NCBI RefSeq assembly: GCF_006345805.1
Contig: NC_043006.1
Location: 89,032,001-89,096,000, forward strand
From: Octopus sinensis
Taxonomy: Eukaryota
DNA: 64,000 bases
Reading direction: 5' to 3'
Positions 1 to 12,986 of the stretch are shown here, in pieces. A program made the translations under genes and the position numbers. The notes under the pieces were generated by a model. That model made no database searches and was not told where the DNA came from. It saw nothing but the letters and a program-made list of their open reading frames with translations. Every line of letters starts with the position of its first letter. Position 1 is the first letter of the stretch.

Positions 1-127
1 CGTGTATGTGTGTGCGTGTGTATGTGTATGTGTATGTGTATGAGCGTGTTTGTATGAGTGTATGTGTGTTTGTGGGTGTGGGTGTGTGTGTGTACGCCCG
101 CGCGCGTGACAGTATTTATGTGCGCGT
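1..127. repeat. (GT)n/(GTAT)n compound microsatellite
   Basis: Directly visible dinucleotide repeat. Confidence 0.95.
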
Positions 128-691
128 GTGTATGGGAGTCTTATTGTTCAAGTAATTCTTTACAGATACCGCAGTAATTTGTTTAGAAGAAAGCCAAAGA
201 CTATAAACATTATAATATTATTTGTAAATATGATAATACTTAAAGCTGGTTATTATAACAATGAATACACTTTCTTCTATTCTCTTAGATGGCTTTATTT
301 ATATATAATTTATATTACTTGCTTTTTATTGATTTTAGAAAGGTAAATATTGCAAATTTTCATAATCTCTTGATAACGATAATGCCATAGTTTCTTCTGT
401 TTCCATTTGTGCAATTATATATTTGTATGTGTGTAAGTATGTTTGTATATGTATGTGTGTGCATAGATATGTGTATATAGTGATGGGGTGAATTCGTTTG
501 TGTGTTTATGTGCATATGTGATGGAAATGATGGATCTCTTTGTGTATGTGTGTGTTTGCACAGAAGACAGTGAATAATGGCCAGAACAACACAATCCAAC
601 TTTCTACTGGTTTCTAAAATCATACGTTGCGAAGATTTATAGAAATTCATAGTCAAATGTACGCGCACGCGCGTGTGTGTGTGTGTTTACT

Positions 692-1013
692 GAAGGCGCA
701 TAGCTTAGTGGTTAAGGCATTCGGCTCACCATCGTAAAGTCATGAGTTCAATAACCGGAGGTGCGCTATGTCATTGAACAAATCACTTTATTTCTTGTTG
801 CTCCAGTCCACTCAGCTGGCAAAAGTGAGTTGTACCTGTAATTCAAAGGGCGATCTTTGTCATATTCTGTGTCACGCGCTATCTCCCTGAGAACGATATT
901 AAGGGTACTCGAATCTATGGAGCGCTCAACCACTTGCGTGTTAATTTTACGAGCAACCTGTTCAGTTGATCGGATCAACTGGAACCCTCGTCGTCGCAAT
1001 CGACGGAGTACCA
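692..1013 (+). mobile_element. tRNA-derived SINE (family A in this report)
   Basis: Head GGCGCATAGCTTAGTGGTTAAGG (A-box-like) and GAGTTCAATAAC (B-box-like). Body CACTTTATTTC..GTTGCTCCAGTCCACTCAGCTGGCAAAA recurs at about 34510 and 42530. Confidence 0.75.
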
Positions 1014-1032
1014 ATTATGCAGGCGTGCCTAT

Positions 1033-1440
1033 AGGTGCAGGAGTGGCTGTGTGGTAAGAGGCTTGTTTCCCAACCACATGGTTCTGCGTAGCACCTTGGG
1101 CAACTGTCTTCTACTATAGCCTCAGGCCGCCCAAGCCCTGTGAGTGGATTTGGTAAATGGAAACTGAAAGAAGCCCGTCATATATATATACATATATATG
1201 CCTGTGTGTGTGTGCGTTTGCGTGTGTTTTTATGTCTATGTTTGTCCTCCACCACCGCTTGACAAACGGAGTTGGTTTGTTTACGTCCCCATAACGTAGC
1301 GGTGCAGCAAAGAGAGGACGATTGAAAATGTACAAGGCTTCAAAATAATACGTTCCAGGATCGATGTGTTCAACTAGAACACTTCAAGGCGGTACTCCAG
1401 CATGGCCGCAGTAAAACGACGGAAACAAGTAAAATAATAA
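1033..1440 (+). mobile_element. tRNA-derived SINE (family B) with internal (TA)/(GT) microsatellite
   Basis: Head GGAGTGGCTGTGTGGTAAG; 3' tail GCGGTACTCCAGCATGGCCGCAG..GAAACAAGTAAAA. Homologous minus-strand copies at 1606-2022 and 7258-7670. Confidence 0.85.
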
Positions 1441-1605
1441 ACGAATGTATGTATGTATGTATGTATATAGGAAATTCCTTACATGTCTATATAACATAAT
1501 TCCTATTAGCAAATGAAACACGTGCAGTAGAGAATAAACGATACCAAAATATTTCCTGTTTTGTTATTCATACATGCTTACATACATGTATATATATATA
1601 TATAT

Positions 1606-2022
1606 TCTCTTTTTCCTATTTTACTTGTTTCGGTCATTTGACTGAGGCCATGCTGGAGCACCGCCTTTAGTCGAACATATCGGTCCCAGGACTTTTTTTG
1701 TAAGCCTAGTACTTATTCTATAGGTCGGTCTTCTGCCGAACCACTAAGTTACGGGGACATAAACACACCAACATCGGTTGTAAAGCGATGGTGGGGGCCA
1801 AACAGACACACAAATACATACATACATACATGCATGCATATATACATATACACATATATATGACGGGCTTCTTTCATTTTCCGTCTACCAAATCCACTCA
1901 CATATCACTAGTCGACCAGAAGCTATAGTAAAAGACACTTGCACAAGATGTCACACAGCGGGACTGAACTCGGAACCATATGATTGAGAAGCAAGCTTCT
2001 TATCACACAATCACTCATGTAT
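1606..2022 (-). mobile_element. SINE family B copy
   Basis: Reverse-complement match to 1033-1440 across tail, body and head. Confidence 0.85.
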
Positions 2023-2373
2023 AACCACGTGTGTATCGTTAGCGATTTTCTTTGATTTGCTAAAACTTATGATTTCAATTTGTTGTTTTAATTCCCCAGC
2101 GTTTCGGGTGTTGATTTCCCAAGCAAAATTTAGGCCTCTTGCACCCTAGCCATCGTGATATCAATTTGACAAAATCTTCCCCAAAGCGTAAAATTTCGCC
2201 ATTTTATGCACATGCACAAAAATGACGTCGACACGAGTTCGCTACCAGACCATGCTCATTTTTTCGTCAAACTGGTCCAACCCATTAATATAGATTAATA
2301 TATCGAAATTTGACGGAAAATGTTTCATGGCTATAAATAGACATCTTATTAACGGTAACTTTTTCCTCAGCTA

Positions 2374-2374
<1 letters not shown>

Positions 2375-2434
<60 letters not shown>

Positions 2435-2438
2435 TATA
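2375..2438. repeat. (TA)n microsatellite
   Basis: Directly visible. Confidence 0.95.
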
Positions 2439-2582
2439 GCAGAATAAGAAATAAAAAGTGCATATATCTATATACATGCATAGATATATGCATATACATG
2501 CATAGATATATGCATATGCATGCATTTAGATATATATACATATACATGTATACACGTATATGTACATATATATGTTTATATA

Positions 2583-3350
2583 TACGAGGTCTGTTCAGTA
2601 AGTATCCAGATTATTGCCATAGTAGGGCAAAGATTGATCTTGAACGCTGCTGTGCATGTGCACTAAGTTTTAACGTTCTAGCTCACTTCCGCTGTTTACA
2701 GTGGTGCTTAGAAGGAAGGTGTGTAGCGTGTTGATTGTTGCATTGACCATGACAGAGGAAGTTGTTATTGCGATACCTGCCAGAGGCCTATGCAAAGTTG
2801 GAGAACGTGCATGGAGAGGAGTGTATGAGCCGCACACAAGTGTACGACGGGTTCAGACGTTTCCAAGATGGAAATGTCGATATTGACGAACGTTCTGGGA
2901 AACCCACCATCAGCAGAACTGAGAAAAACATCGCAGATGTGCATACAGCTGGGAGGGGAAATCGTCGAATCACCATCCGTGAGTTATCACAGGATGTGCA
3001 AATTAGTTACGGTTTAGTTCACTCCATTATCACTAAATGAAGAATTGGGTATGAGATGCGTGTCTGCCAAGTTTGTACCAAAACTACTTTCAGCAGACTA
3101 AAATGACACTCGGGTTTCAGTTGCACAAGATATCCTTGATTGCGTCGAGAAGGATGAAAACTTTCTGAAATCGTTACGTAGGCCTCTGAGCAAGTATCAC
3201 CAAGCTTTTGATGCAGATTCTTTGCCCGTGGACAATGCGATGATCACATGCAACGCTTCCAAGTACTGCTGTAAACAGTGAAAGTAAGCTAGAATGTTAT
3301 AACTTTGTGTGCATGCACAGCAGAGGGTAAGGTCACTCTGTGCCAAGCTG
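2583..3350 (+). mobile_element. Decayed mariner element (5' end plus transposase HTH) with an inverted copy of its own 5' region
   Basis: Starts TACGAGGTCTGTTCAGTAAGTATCC (mariner-type TIR). ORF 2762-3040 EAYAKLENVHGEECMSRTQVYDGFRRF..RSGKP..RRITIREL, then LGMRCVSAKFVPKLLS after a frameshift. 3172-3350 is a diverged reverse complement of about 2620-2795. Confidence 0.85.
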
Positions 3351-3899
3351 CTTTACTCTCCATGTTATATATATATTGATAAAAGAAGGAAAGTACGCAC
3401 AGATTGCATAGTTTTAATATATATTAGATAAAAGTGTGTTGTGATTATCCACAGGATTCGCTTTCGCTAATCATGACACTGAAATTATTGTAATTTCATA
3501 TTTTCTTAAGAAGATTTTAGTCTATGTTCTTGTATGAAAGTTTTGAATGAATCAACAAGTAGAAATATCAAACGGAAGATAATTGGTGATATTTATTACT
3601 CGGGACAGCGGATGTAATTGCTCGTTTTGGGGGCTGGATAAGTAGACATACAAAAACTCATAGGCTAAAATAGTGAGATGAAATATGTGCAGTGATAGAT
3701 ATGTGATCATGAATTAAAATATATAAAAATACATACTGGGACCAAAGTTGGTTATATGTTCATATTTGGGCGTGTTCTGTATTTTTCGATAAATAAATTT
3801 TCTTTATTTAAACGTTCTTGTACAGAAATTGTTTCTTTGCTCTGGTAGAAGGGGAAAGCTGTGACATTTAGTTGGAGATTCCCTGCACATCTCTCTATG

Positions 3900-4645
3900 T
3901 GTTCACTCAAATGTCTGCCTCTACCTTGAAAAACGGATCTGTTTTTTCATATGGTGTGTTTCTCCGTCTAAGTGACATATTTTTTCACCATAATCCTTAC
4001 CTTCAGTTCATCTTCGGTGTTACAAGCAGTTTTGATGGTCCCTCGCTCAAATGCTCCTCACACATAATAATCAAGGGTTTTGCAGTCTGGGGAGTAAGGT
4101 AGCCAGATGTTAAGGGTGATGGGGTCGCAGAAATTGTCTGACAGCCATGACGGGGTTCTCCTGCTCGTTTAGCAGGGTATAGAGTCTTGTTGTCAAACAT
4201 AGGGTCTTCCAGCAGCCATCCTCTTGACTCAGATCAGCACTACCTCCTCCAGACAATTGATATAGGCCTCCGTGTTGAGTGTGAGGCCGTGTGGGAAGAT
4301 GAACGGGGGTATAACGTTGCCATCACTAGTGATCACTCCAAACACCAATATGCTGACTGGATTCTTGATTTTTATCACTCTCAGTACATGTCCTCAGATT
4401 GCAGTGTTCTCAGATTGACACCCAAACACTCGTAAATATTCGTATTGGAGCTTCCGGCACGAATGCCAAGCATTATAGCATATCGTTTCCAAATTTCTGG
4501 CAGAGTGACTCGCGTCATGGTGCTGTTTTTCTCAAACATGGTGCCCAGCTGACTATATTTTACTGTGTAGTCGACAAAATCAAAATCAAACAATGCGCAT
4601 GCGCGAAATTAAAACTGTAAAGTGTTGACAATTTACCCATGTGTA
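3900..4645 (-). mobile_element. Internally deleted Tc1/mariner, DD37D (maT-type) transposase remnant
   Basis: Minus-strand translation VFGVITSDGNVIPPFIFPH..QQDSIPC*TSRRTPSWLSDNFCDPITLNIWLPYSPDCKPLD, with 37 residues between the second and third D. The N-terminus (ORF 4381-4593) is joined to the catalytic region. Confidence 0.85.
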
Positions 4646-5449
4646 TGAAGGTCTTTGATAATATATCCTTTTTTAAAAGCTAAAACAATGCAAGTTATAA
4701 AAATAATTCAGGTTTACAGTTTTACCTGGAATTTTGATATTTCGGGGTTAGGACCCCTTCCTTTGAAAATCTTTCGACCCCTTCCTTTGGAAATCTTTGG
4801 ACAAATGCAGATATACGCTGCTACGTTTGTCTTGTTGTGTGTGCATCAAGTATGTGCAACTCTTGATACATATTTTGAAACTGCCCCATTTTTGTCACAT
4901 CTTTTTTTAATCACAACTAAAAGAAATATAATTTATCTTACATTTTTAATTAAACACTTTCTAATACGTGTGTCTTATTTTTAGACAACTGTAGAATATG
5001 TTCTAAAGTACACGCGTCTGGCTTTTTAAAAAAACTACATGTACGTGTGTGTGTGTGTGTATGAAAACTTAACAGAGTACTCTTAGCTTTGTCCAGAGAT
5101 CGGCTGTTCAGGACAGTCGTTAACAACCGAGCACCGTGTGTAAGTCAAAGAAGCCTGTCTACTCTACCCAATGCGTTGAGTTCTATGTCCGACAATGCTT
5201 GCATTATGCGAAAAATTTTCAATATATTTTACTACTTTTACATTACGAAACATGTGTGCGTGTGTGCATGTGTTCAAGTGTATGTGTATGCACCCCACTC
5301 ATACAAACACACATATACACACACATATGTTCGTATACTGAAATATATTTGTATTCTGAATAATTCAAAACATACTCAATATTTCTCGTGTGAACTTAGT
5401 ACATAATAACATCGGTTTGGGTAAGTTACATAGCAAAAAGTTCATAAAT

Positions 5450-5720
5450 GAGATGCAGTTTGAGTATGTGTCAGAATGTGTAACCACACGTCATATTTCT
5501 TGAGAGAGTATTACAAGAGAATTTCTTAGATGAGATCAAACAACTATATTTGACACTGTTGAGAAAACATTTGACAGGATTACACGCTACGTAGACTGGT
5601 TGGCGTCGAGAAATTAGATGCAGAAGAATGGTTCGCGAAAGGCGTTTCAGGGCATTTCAAGGAAGATCGGGGTAGGTATTGGTTTCTCTATGAACAATTT
5701 TGTGTAGCGAAGGTTTGATC
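5450..5720 (+). pseudogene. Decayed RTE-clade reverse transcriptase fragment
   Basis: Frameshifted pieces LQENFL..LYL..EKTFDR and KLDAEEWFAKGV resemble the RTE motif LQEKFL..LYLAFVDLEKAFDRVPR..KLGxEEWLV. Confidence 0.5.
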
Positions 5721-5774
5721 ATGAATATACGAATGTATGTGTGTGTGTATGTATAAGTGCGTCTTTATGATAAC

Positions 5775-5806
5775 TATATATATACATATACATATATATA
5801 TATATA

Positions 5807-5844
<38 letters not shown>

Positions 5845-5876
5845 TATGTGTGTTTATATATATATATATATATATA

Positions 5877-5914
<38 letters not shown>

Positions 5915-5935
5915 CATATGTATGTATATATATCC

Positions 5936-5975
<40 letters not shown>
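5775..5975. repeat. Interrupted (TA)n microsatellite
   Basis: Directly visible; source of spurious YIYI ORFs. Confidence 0.95.
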
Positions 5976-6006
5976 TATGCATATTCATATGTGTGAGTAG
6001 AAGATT

Positions 6007-6180
6007 GAAAAGTAACACACGAGTTGATATGTATAAGGAAAATAAGGTAGAAAATGCTAAAATGATTTTATCATGAACATTTTAGAACCTGGTTTCAGTC
6101 TTTTCGACTTTTTCAATTTAGAATAAAGCAAGAAAAACAATTAGATTTTGGAACAATTAAATGAAATGTTTTTTTTTAAA
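6007..6180 (-). mobile_element. Short Penelope pLTR-like repeat, copy 1 of the UUGAAAA-hammerhead family
   Basis: Homologous to 13840-13985 and 19712-19860 (GAAAATG..TAAAATGATTTTAT..GAACATTT..GTACCGGTTTC). Confidence 0.6.
6078..6124 (-). ncRNA. Hammerhead-like motif, U3-A8 variant core (decayed)
   Basis: Minus strand TTGAAAA AGTC GAAAA GACT GAAAC CAG GTT; stem II intact, stem I weak. Confidence 0.45.
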
Positions 6181-6189
6181 TAGCTGAAA

Positions 6190-6574
6190 TCCGTGAATGG
6201 CGTGCTCAGCATCGGCTTTGTCCTCAGGAATTAACCTTCCTGACCTGGGTTCTGAAACCTTGACACCTAGATTTTCACTGTGGAGTAAGATGGGCAGCCA
6301 TCCTTTGAGACTTCCTTCATCTCGTCATGGATTTCCGCTGCTCCTTTGCCTTGCAAAAACGGGATCTTCATGAACCCCAGTGCTTCATTTTTATTAAAAT
6401 CCACGGTAGGAGCTGCCATCGTGCGTTAAATCGGCAAAAAAGAGATAAGTATATTGTATATCATCAAGACTTTTTGCACATCTTCGAAATAGTTATCCTA
6501 CCTCCCCTGCAAAGGTAACAGTTCTACTCTTTCGAAATATCATTAAAGCCAGGAACTTCTCAGCACCCCTTTGT
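6190..6574 (-). mobile_element. Mariner 5' fragment (TIR plus HTH start)
   Basis: Terminus GGGGTGCTGAGAAGTTCCTGGCTTTAA; translation DFNKNEALGFMKIPFLQGKGAAEIHDEMKEVSKDGCPSYSTVK. Confidence 0.75.
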
Positions 6575-6644
6575 GTGTATGTATGTCATATCTATGTATA
6601 TACACATATACATATGTGTGTATGTGCATATGTATGTATAAAAG

Positions 6645-6754
6645 ATAGATAGATAAAAAGATAGATAGATAGATACATACATACATACATACATACATAC
6701 ATACATACATACATACATACATACATACATACATAGTTAGATAGATAGATAGAT

Positions 6755-6804
<50 letters not shown>

Positions 6805-6805
6805 T
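6645..6805. repeat. (GATA)n/(CATA)n compound microsatellite
   Basis: Directly visible. Confidence 0.95.
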
Positions 6806-6870
6806 TTGAATATATGTATATGTGTGTGTGTGTGTATGTGTGTGTGTGTATTGTGGAGTGGTTGGAGTTA

Positions 6871-7000
6871 GGAGAGCATCCAACCGTTAAAAAGCATGCC
6901 AAACAATAGCCTGGGTAGTCTGCTACCTGGCCGGCTCGTGTCAAACCGTCCAACCCATTCCAGCATGGAAGGTGAACGTTAAACAATGATGATGATGATT
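6871..7000 (+). mobile_element. SINE 3' portion with RTE-type tail and (GAT)n end
   Basis: GCATCCAACCGTTAAAA..TCCAACCCATTCCAGCATGGAAGGTGAACGTTAAACAATGATGATGAT. Confidence 0.55.
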
Positions 7001-7069
<69 letters not shown>

Positions 7070-7127
7070 AATTAAAGGTAATGCTATGCTACTTAGAAAT
7101 AATTCTTTTACATATATATATATATAA

Positions 7128-7212
7128 GCAACACAGGACTTCCTTGGTGAGACAATGACATTTTTTGTGAGGGCTAACATCTGGACCAGTAACAGCACAG
7201 ATCTCAACTTTA
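7128..7212 (+). mobile_element. Small DD37D transposase fragment, same family as 8045-9200
   Basis: Translates ATQDFLGETMTFFVRANIWTSNSTDLNF, matching about 8878-8952. Confidence 0.8.
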
Positions 7213-7257
7213 ATATAAATATATATATATACATATATATATGTATATATGTATATA

Positions 7258-7463
7258 TTCTTTTACCCTTTTACTTGCTTCAGTCATTTGACTGCGGCCA
7301 TGCTGGAGCACCGCCTTTAGTCGACCAAATCGACCCCAGGACTTATTCTTTGTGAGCCTAGTACTTATACTATCGGTCTCTTTTGACGAACCGCTAAGTT
7401 ACGGGGACGTAAACACACCAGCATCGGTTATCAAGCGATGTTGGGTGGACAAACACAGACACA

Positions 7464-7540
<77 letters not shown>

Positions 7541-7665
7541 CATATATACAACAAGGCTTTGGTCGGCCCGAGACTATAGTAGAAGAGACCTGGTCAAAGT
7601 GCCACGCAGTGGACTGAACCCGGAACCATGTGGTTGGTAAGCAAGCTACTTACCATAGAGCCACT

Positions 7666-7670
<5 letters not shown>
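7258..7670 (-). mobile_element. SINE family B copy with expanded internal (CA)/(TA) tract
   Basis: Reverse-complement homology to 1033-1440. Confidence 0.85.
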
Positions 7671-7710
<40 letters not shown>

Positions 7711-7835
7711 CATATATACATACATATATATATATATATATACATATATATACATATATCATACTATATATATATATATATTATTATATATATATATAAT
7801 CATATATATATATATATATTATATATATATTATAT
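7671..7835. repeat. Interrupted (TA)n microsatellite
   Basis: Directly visible. Confidence 0.95.
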
Positions 7836-8001
7836 GAATTATTACGAACAAAAAATTCTTTTATGATATCCTGTTGCTAATTTTCATTTTATTCACCTTA
7901 CTTCGAGCTGTGCAGATAATACCGGACTGATTTGGTGCTTCAACTTAAGTATCTAATTTAACTGAATCTTAATTATTTCTTTCATATATATATATATTAT
8001 A

Positions 8002-8039
<38 letters not shown>

Positions 8040-8044
8040 TTCTG

Positions 8045-9200
8045 AGTCTTGCAGGTAAATTGTAACCAATTTTTTACTAGTTTCATCAGTGGGTTTAACA
8101 TTTCATTTTTTGACAAAGCCTTGCTTGCTTAAAATCTAATATTCCACTTTATTTTTCAGGTAAATAGTGAACTGATTCGACCACAGAAAGTCATGGAAAA
8201 ATAGAATCGTTCCGCCATTGTTGTTTTGTTGACGAAACTTCCGAAAGCAACAGTTCGTCGTGTGTATAAACAATTTAAAGAAGAGGTAAGGAATTCTAGA
8301 AAAGAACACAAGATTCGAAGTGATTCCAAGCGCAATCCAAAGTTTTTTGCTGGTCTCAAACGCTCGATTGAAGCCAACCCGTTCACATCCATGACAACTT
8401 TTGCAAAGAGACCCAATGTGTCCCTTTCCACAGTGTCCAGAGTTGTGAACAGAAACCTTGGCGTGTCTAGCTATGTTCAACGATGCCGTCACCTCCTAAC
8501 AGCCAAGGCCAAAACAATCGGAGCCGAGAGATGCCCGAAGCTTCTGTCATCCATCAAGCATCAAGGTACAGGAAAAACTCTTGTGTTTATGGACGAGACG
8601 ATGTTCCCCGTAGACGCTCAGATCAATTGCAGAAATTCTCGAGTGATTGCATACCCACTTTTGAGACTAATAATCCTGCCTCTGCGATGATATTTGGAGC
8701 CGTGGCGAGTGATGAAAGTGTTATAGATGCACATTCCATTGAATCTGGCTTGAAGATCGACCCAAAGGAGTAGCTGAACATCCTGAAGAACACTCTGTCA
8801 CCTTGGATGGAGCAGGAGTTTGGGCTTGACAATGTGGTGTTTATCCAAGATTCTGCACCATGCCATGGGTCAAAAGCAACACAGGCCTTCCTTGGTGAAA
8901 CATTTTTTGTGAAGGCCAACATCTGGCCCAGTAATAGCCCAGATCTCAACTTTCTATATTACTTTTTATGAGGTGTACTTCAAGCAAGACCCAATGCTTC
9001 ACCACACTCGAGTGTCAACAGTTTGAATACCTGCATCGTGTGTGCGACACGCAAAATCAAACAGACAGAGGATGCGGCAGCTGCAAAAAAATTCGTTCTC
9101 GTGTTGAGGCAATAATTTCCCAAAAGGGTGGCTATATTGAGTGATATATATATTTTTGTTGTAATAAATGTTACATTAAAATTACATTTGTCTACTACCA
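8045..9200 (+). mobile_element. Near full-length decayed Tc1/mariner DD37D (maT-type) transposon
   Basis: Frameshifted transposase: HTH (8226-8690), LVFMDET, SAMIFGAVASD, FIQDSAPCHGSKATQ..NIWPSNSPDLN, C-terminal RVEAIISQKGGYIE*. GGTAAATTGT near the 5' end is shared with the 3900-4645 element. Confidence 0.9.
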
Positions 9201-9704
9201 TTATTTTAGTATTTATAACCAGTTTTAAGAATCGCAAAACTTGTCTCAATTTATCAGCAAGATCCTGTCTAGGGGGAGAAAGGGCAAGAGAGAAAGTATC
9301 ATCACATTTCTTTAAAGAACTAATTGGATACCTCTTAAAATTTATTTTACCTATATTAGTTAAAACAAAATTTTATTATGTCTAAGGATAATCGTTTCAA
9401 CACACGAATTCACATAAAAAATCTTACAAACCAGATACAAATACGAATTTGAAACAAATAACGAGATTAGCAAATTGTTTGGTGATGTTTTTAAATGAGC
9501 TGCTCTATAAATCTACATATTCTTTAAATATGTACACATAAGTGTGTCTGCATAGAAACGCATGTAAATATGTAAATATATGTATGTCTATATATGTGTG
9601 TGTGTGTGTATGTGTGTGTGTATGTGTATGTATGTTTTATGCATGTATAAATGTATGCGTATATACATATACGTATGAACTTATATATGTGCATATATAT
9701 ATAT

Positions 9705-9751
<47 letters not shown>

Positions 9752-10236
9752 AAATCAACAATGCATAAAGCATCAAAAATATATGTCCACGATAATTAAG
9801 AGCTCAATTAATCACAGATCGTTAAACTGCAACACGTTAATAACGCTGCTGTAGATCCAGGGAAAAATCTTGCATGTACGCACATGATGGATTAAAACGA
9901 TCCATAAGAGAAATGTATATTTGAAATAAAATGCAGAAAAGCATAAATTTCACAGTTAAATCGTAATTTAATAACAGTTTACAGCTGTTTCATTAGAAAT
10001 AAGCATTATCAATTCTATTATTACCTAGCTAAGATACATAATAGACAAAAATTTATTTAAATCAATTTCAAGCAGTGCTTATCTCAAATCAAGAATATTA
10101 ACAGTTATGCTAACCATAAACCGTTGCTGTTTTAAATACAGTTATAGAATTAATTATGCTTATTTCTAATGAAACAGCTGTTGAAGGTAATTAAATTATA
10201 TTTTATCTGTGAATTTTATATTTTATACCATTTATT

Positions 10237-10272
<36 letters not shown>

Positions 10273-12769
10273 CTCTATTTATCCATGTGTATCTATCTCC
10301 TTCTCTACAGTTATACCTGCACCCAATTTTAGGAGTCTCTCTCAAAGAACTGCATAAAAATTCTGGATCTAATTGGTCAACCATGATCAATATGATCAAA
10401 ACCAAAACACTAATAGGAAAAAGGCACCAAATTCTAGTACCATCTTTAGATTATAATCTTTGACATATTTAAACGCCGTTTAAATCAAGCTGTTGATACG
10501 TTTTGATATCCTAAGTATTTAGGTAGAGAACTTATAAAAGCAAATGTTTCTTGATTAAAGTTTTTTTCTTTTTAGTATTAATGTTGAAGCCATTTAGTCA
10601 TTGATAGTATAGTGTTTATTTCAAGTAACTTAATGTGTTTTAATGGCACAACTATATTTCATTGAATATGTTAGTTCGTTTCGAACGTTAGTTCTTTGAA
10701 GTAAAATATGTTAAACAGCACTAATCTTGTCGTGTTGCATTTTTCATTTAATATATGTATTTCAATGGCCTTGAGTTGTATGAATGTATCATCATGGAAG
10801 CATTGAATTGATATCATTGGCTATATGCCGAGGCTGATATATGTATCTCCATGGGAAAGCATATGCCAATAGATATATTTTGCGCAATTAATGTTCAAAC
10901 ACTTTTCTAATCAGAAAGAATGACTTCAAGGCAAAAAGAAAAATTATTTTCTGTCAGTTCCAGAAAACAACAATGTTCTTGTTTCGACCAATGTTGTTTA
11001 CATTTGTTTTGAAATCGCCAATCACAAACACAGACAGAATAGATGCCATTTCAAATTCTGTGAAAACAATTTTTAACATGAGAATATAATAGGGTTTTTT
11101 TCTTTTTTTCTTTTTCTTTTTTACATGTGGCAATACTTGAATTGTACAATCTGACATTAAAGAAAGCAGTGAACTGTGAATTAAAGATATTTACAAAAGA
11201 CAGGAATACTTGAAATTGGAGATTACATTCTTTAAGCAATCGATTGGTGATGGAATAGAATTTCTTCAGAACCTGCTGGTATTACAGAGAGATAGCTGTA
11301 ACCATTAATATGGGAGGAAAGTTGTTGTTTCTGAATCCTGGATTTAGACCATCGTATAACTTTTTCAGTCAGCTACGAGTGGAGCTAAACTGAGTTAAGA
11401 AAATAGAAAATGACGGTAGAATAAATATATCAGATTTGAAATAACAAAGTTCAGAACAGTTATATTACTTGCAAGTTAACTAAAATGTTTCTTAAACATT
11501 ATGTTAAAGATATAAAACATCTGGCCAGTGGGTTTTCAGTCAACAAGTATCGTCACAATCATTGATTTGAACTGAAATCTTCCGTTTTAAAATTTTAAAA
11601 TGTTTCTTTTTAAACATGCAATGGGACAGGAAACTTATCTTTAAGCTAATTCTACTTTACAGTTATAGTCAATGTGTGGGTTGTCACAGACGAGTAAACA
11701 GATTTTGATTTTGATATTTCTATGAAAACTTTAGATACCATTACGGCAAGTTTTGGAAGTAAAATATACTCCAGATTATCAAAAATCTGTTCAGTTTCAA
11801 ATGAAAATACGTTCGAAAAACCATTTGATCAATAGAATTTTCACTGAATAAATATTGTATATGACAGAATATCTGGGATAGCTTTCTGTTATCCAGGAAT
11901 TCTTCATGTACAAGTTGTTGATAAAACTTGCGACCAGATAACCCTTTACCATCGAGTCAGAGATAAGGAGTATTTGCTACTTCATGAAACAATATCTGAA
12001 TAACTGTCACATTTACTTAACTTGGATATATTACAGATTCAATTAAGATTAGAGCTGAATAAACTACAACCCTAGGATATAGCAATACTGCTGCTAAAGT
12101 AAAATAGAAAAACACGGTGTAAATGGGTTTTTGTAGTAAACATTTAAAAAAAGCCATGAGCAGCTATCAAAATTGACATTGCACCTTTCTATCTATATTC
12201 ATATAATGAGCATATATATGAATGTATATATAAGTATGCACGTTTACATACATCATGTAGATAATTATGTGCTTATATATGGGTTATACGTTCTGTATGA
12301 GCAATTTATGTGACTATCTTAAAACGTGGATGAGTAACCAGATGTTTATTATTTCTATTTTATATAATATCAATAAAGACTAATGCACTGAACTATGCAA
12401 CCTCTTCGTGGTCATTCTAGCTGCTGGAAAGAGCAGCCAAATCTCTCTAAAATGCATAGCTTCTCGATTTTAAAGAGGATAAGATTGTTGAATGAGATCC
12501 TCGATACATAGTATCTGAAAAACAAAATGTCGGTAGCCATAACTAGAATACCTTTTCACAGTATGTTGCTTGATCATACATGGCCAGGGTTTGCCTATCG
12601 GGGCGGCACAATTCTGACACATGTGCATTTGCTTTTACACTCCCATACACTCCAGTCATATATGCACACATGTATGCACATACACTCAAACGCATACAGA
12701 TCGACATGTACACCGAAACCTTCATATACAGACATATTACACTATAACTCACACGTGTGCGTGTATATG

Positions 12770-12960
<191 letters not shown>

Positions 12961-12986
12961 GTTTGGAGATGATGAACAGGTATTAT

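Noticed and set aside
692-770. tRNA genes at SINE heads (also 1033, 42453, 43414)
   Set aside because: Only A/B-box-like motifs with no full cloverleaf; each continues into a SINE body.
2300-2375. Minus-strand CTGAGGA..GAAAC..GTC hammerhead-like spacing
   Set aside because: Stem II pairs poorly and stem I does not form.
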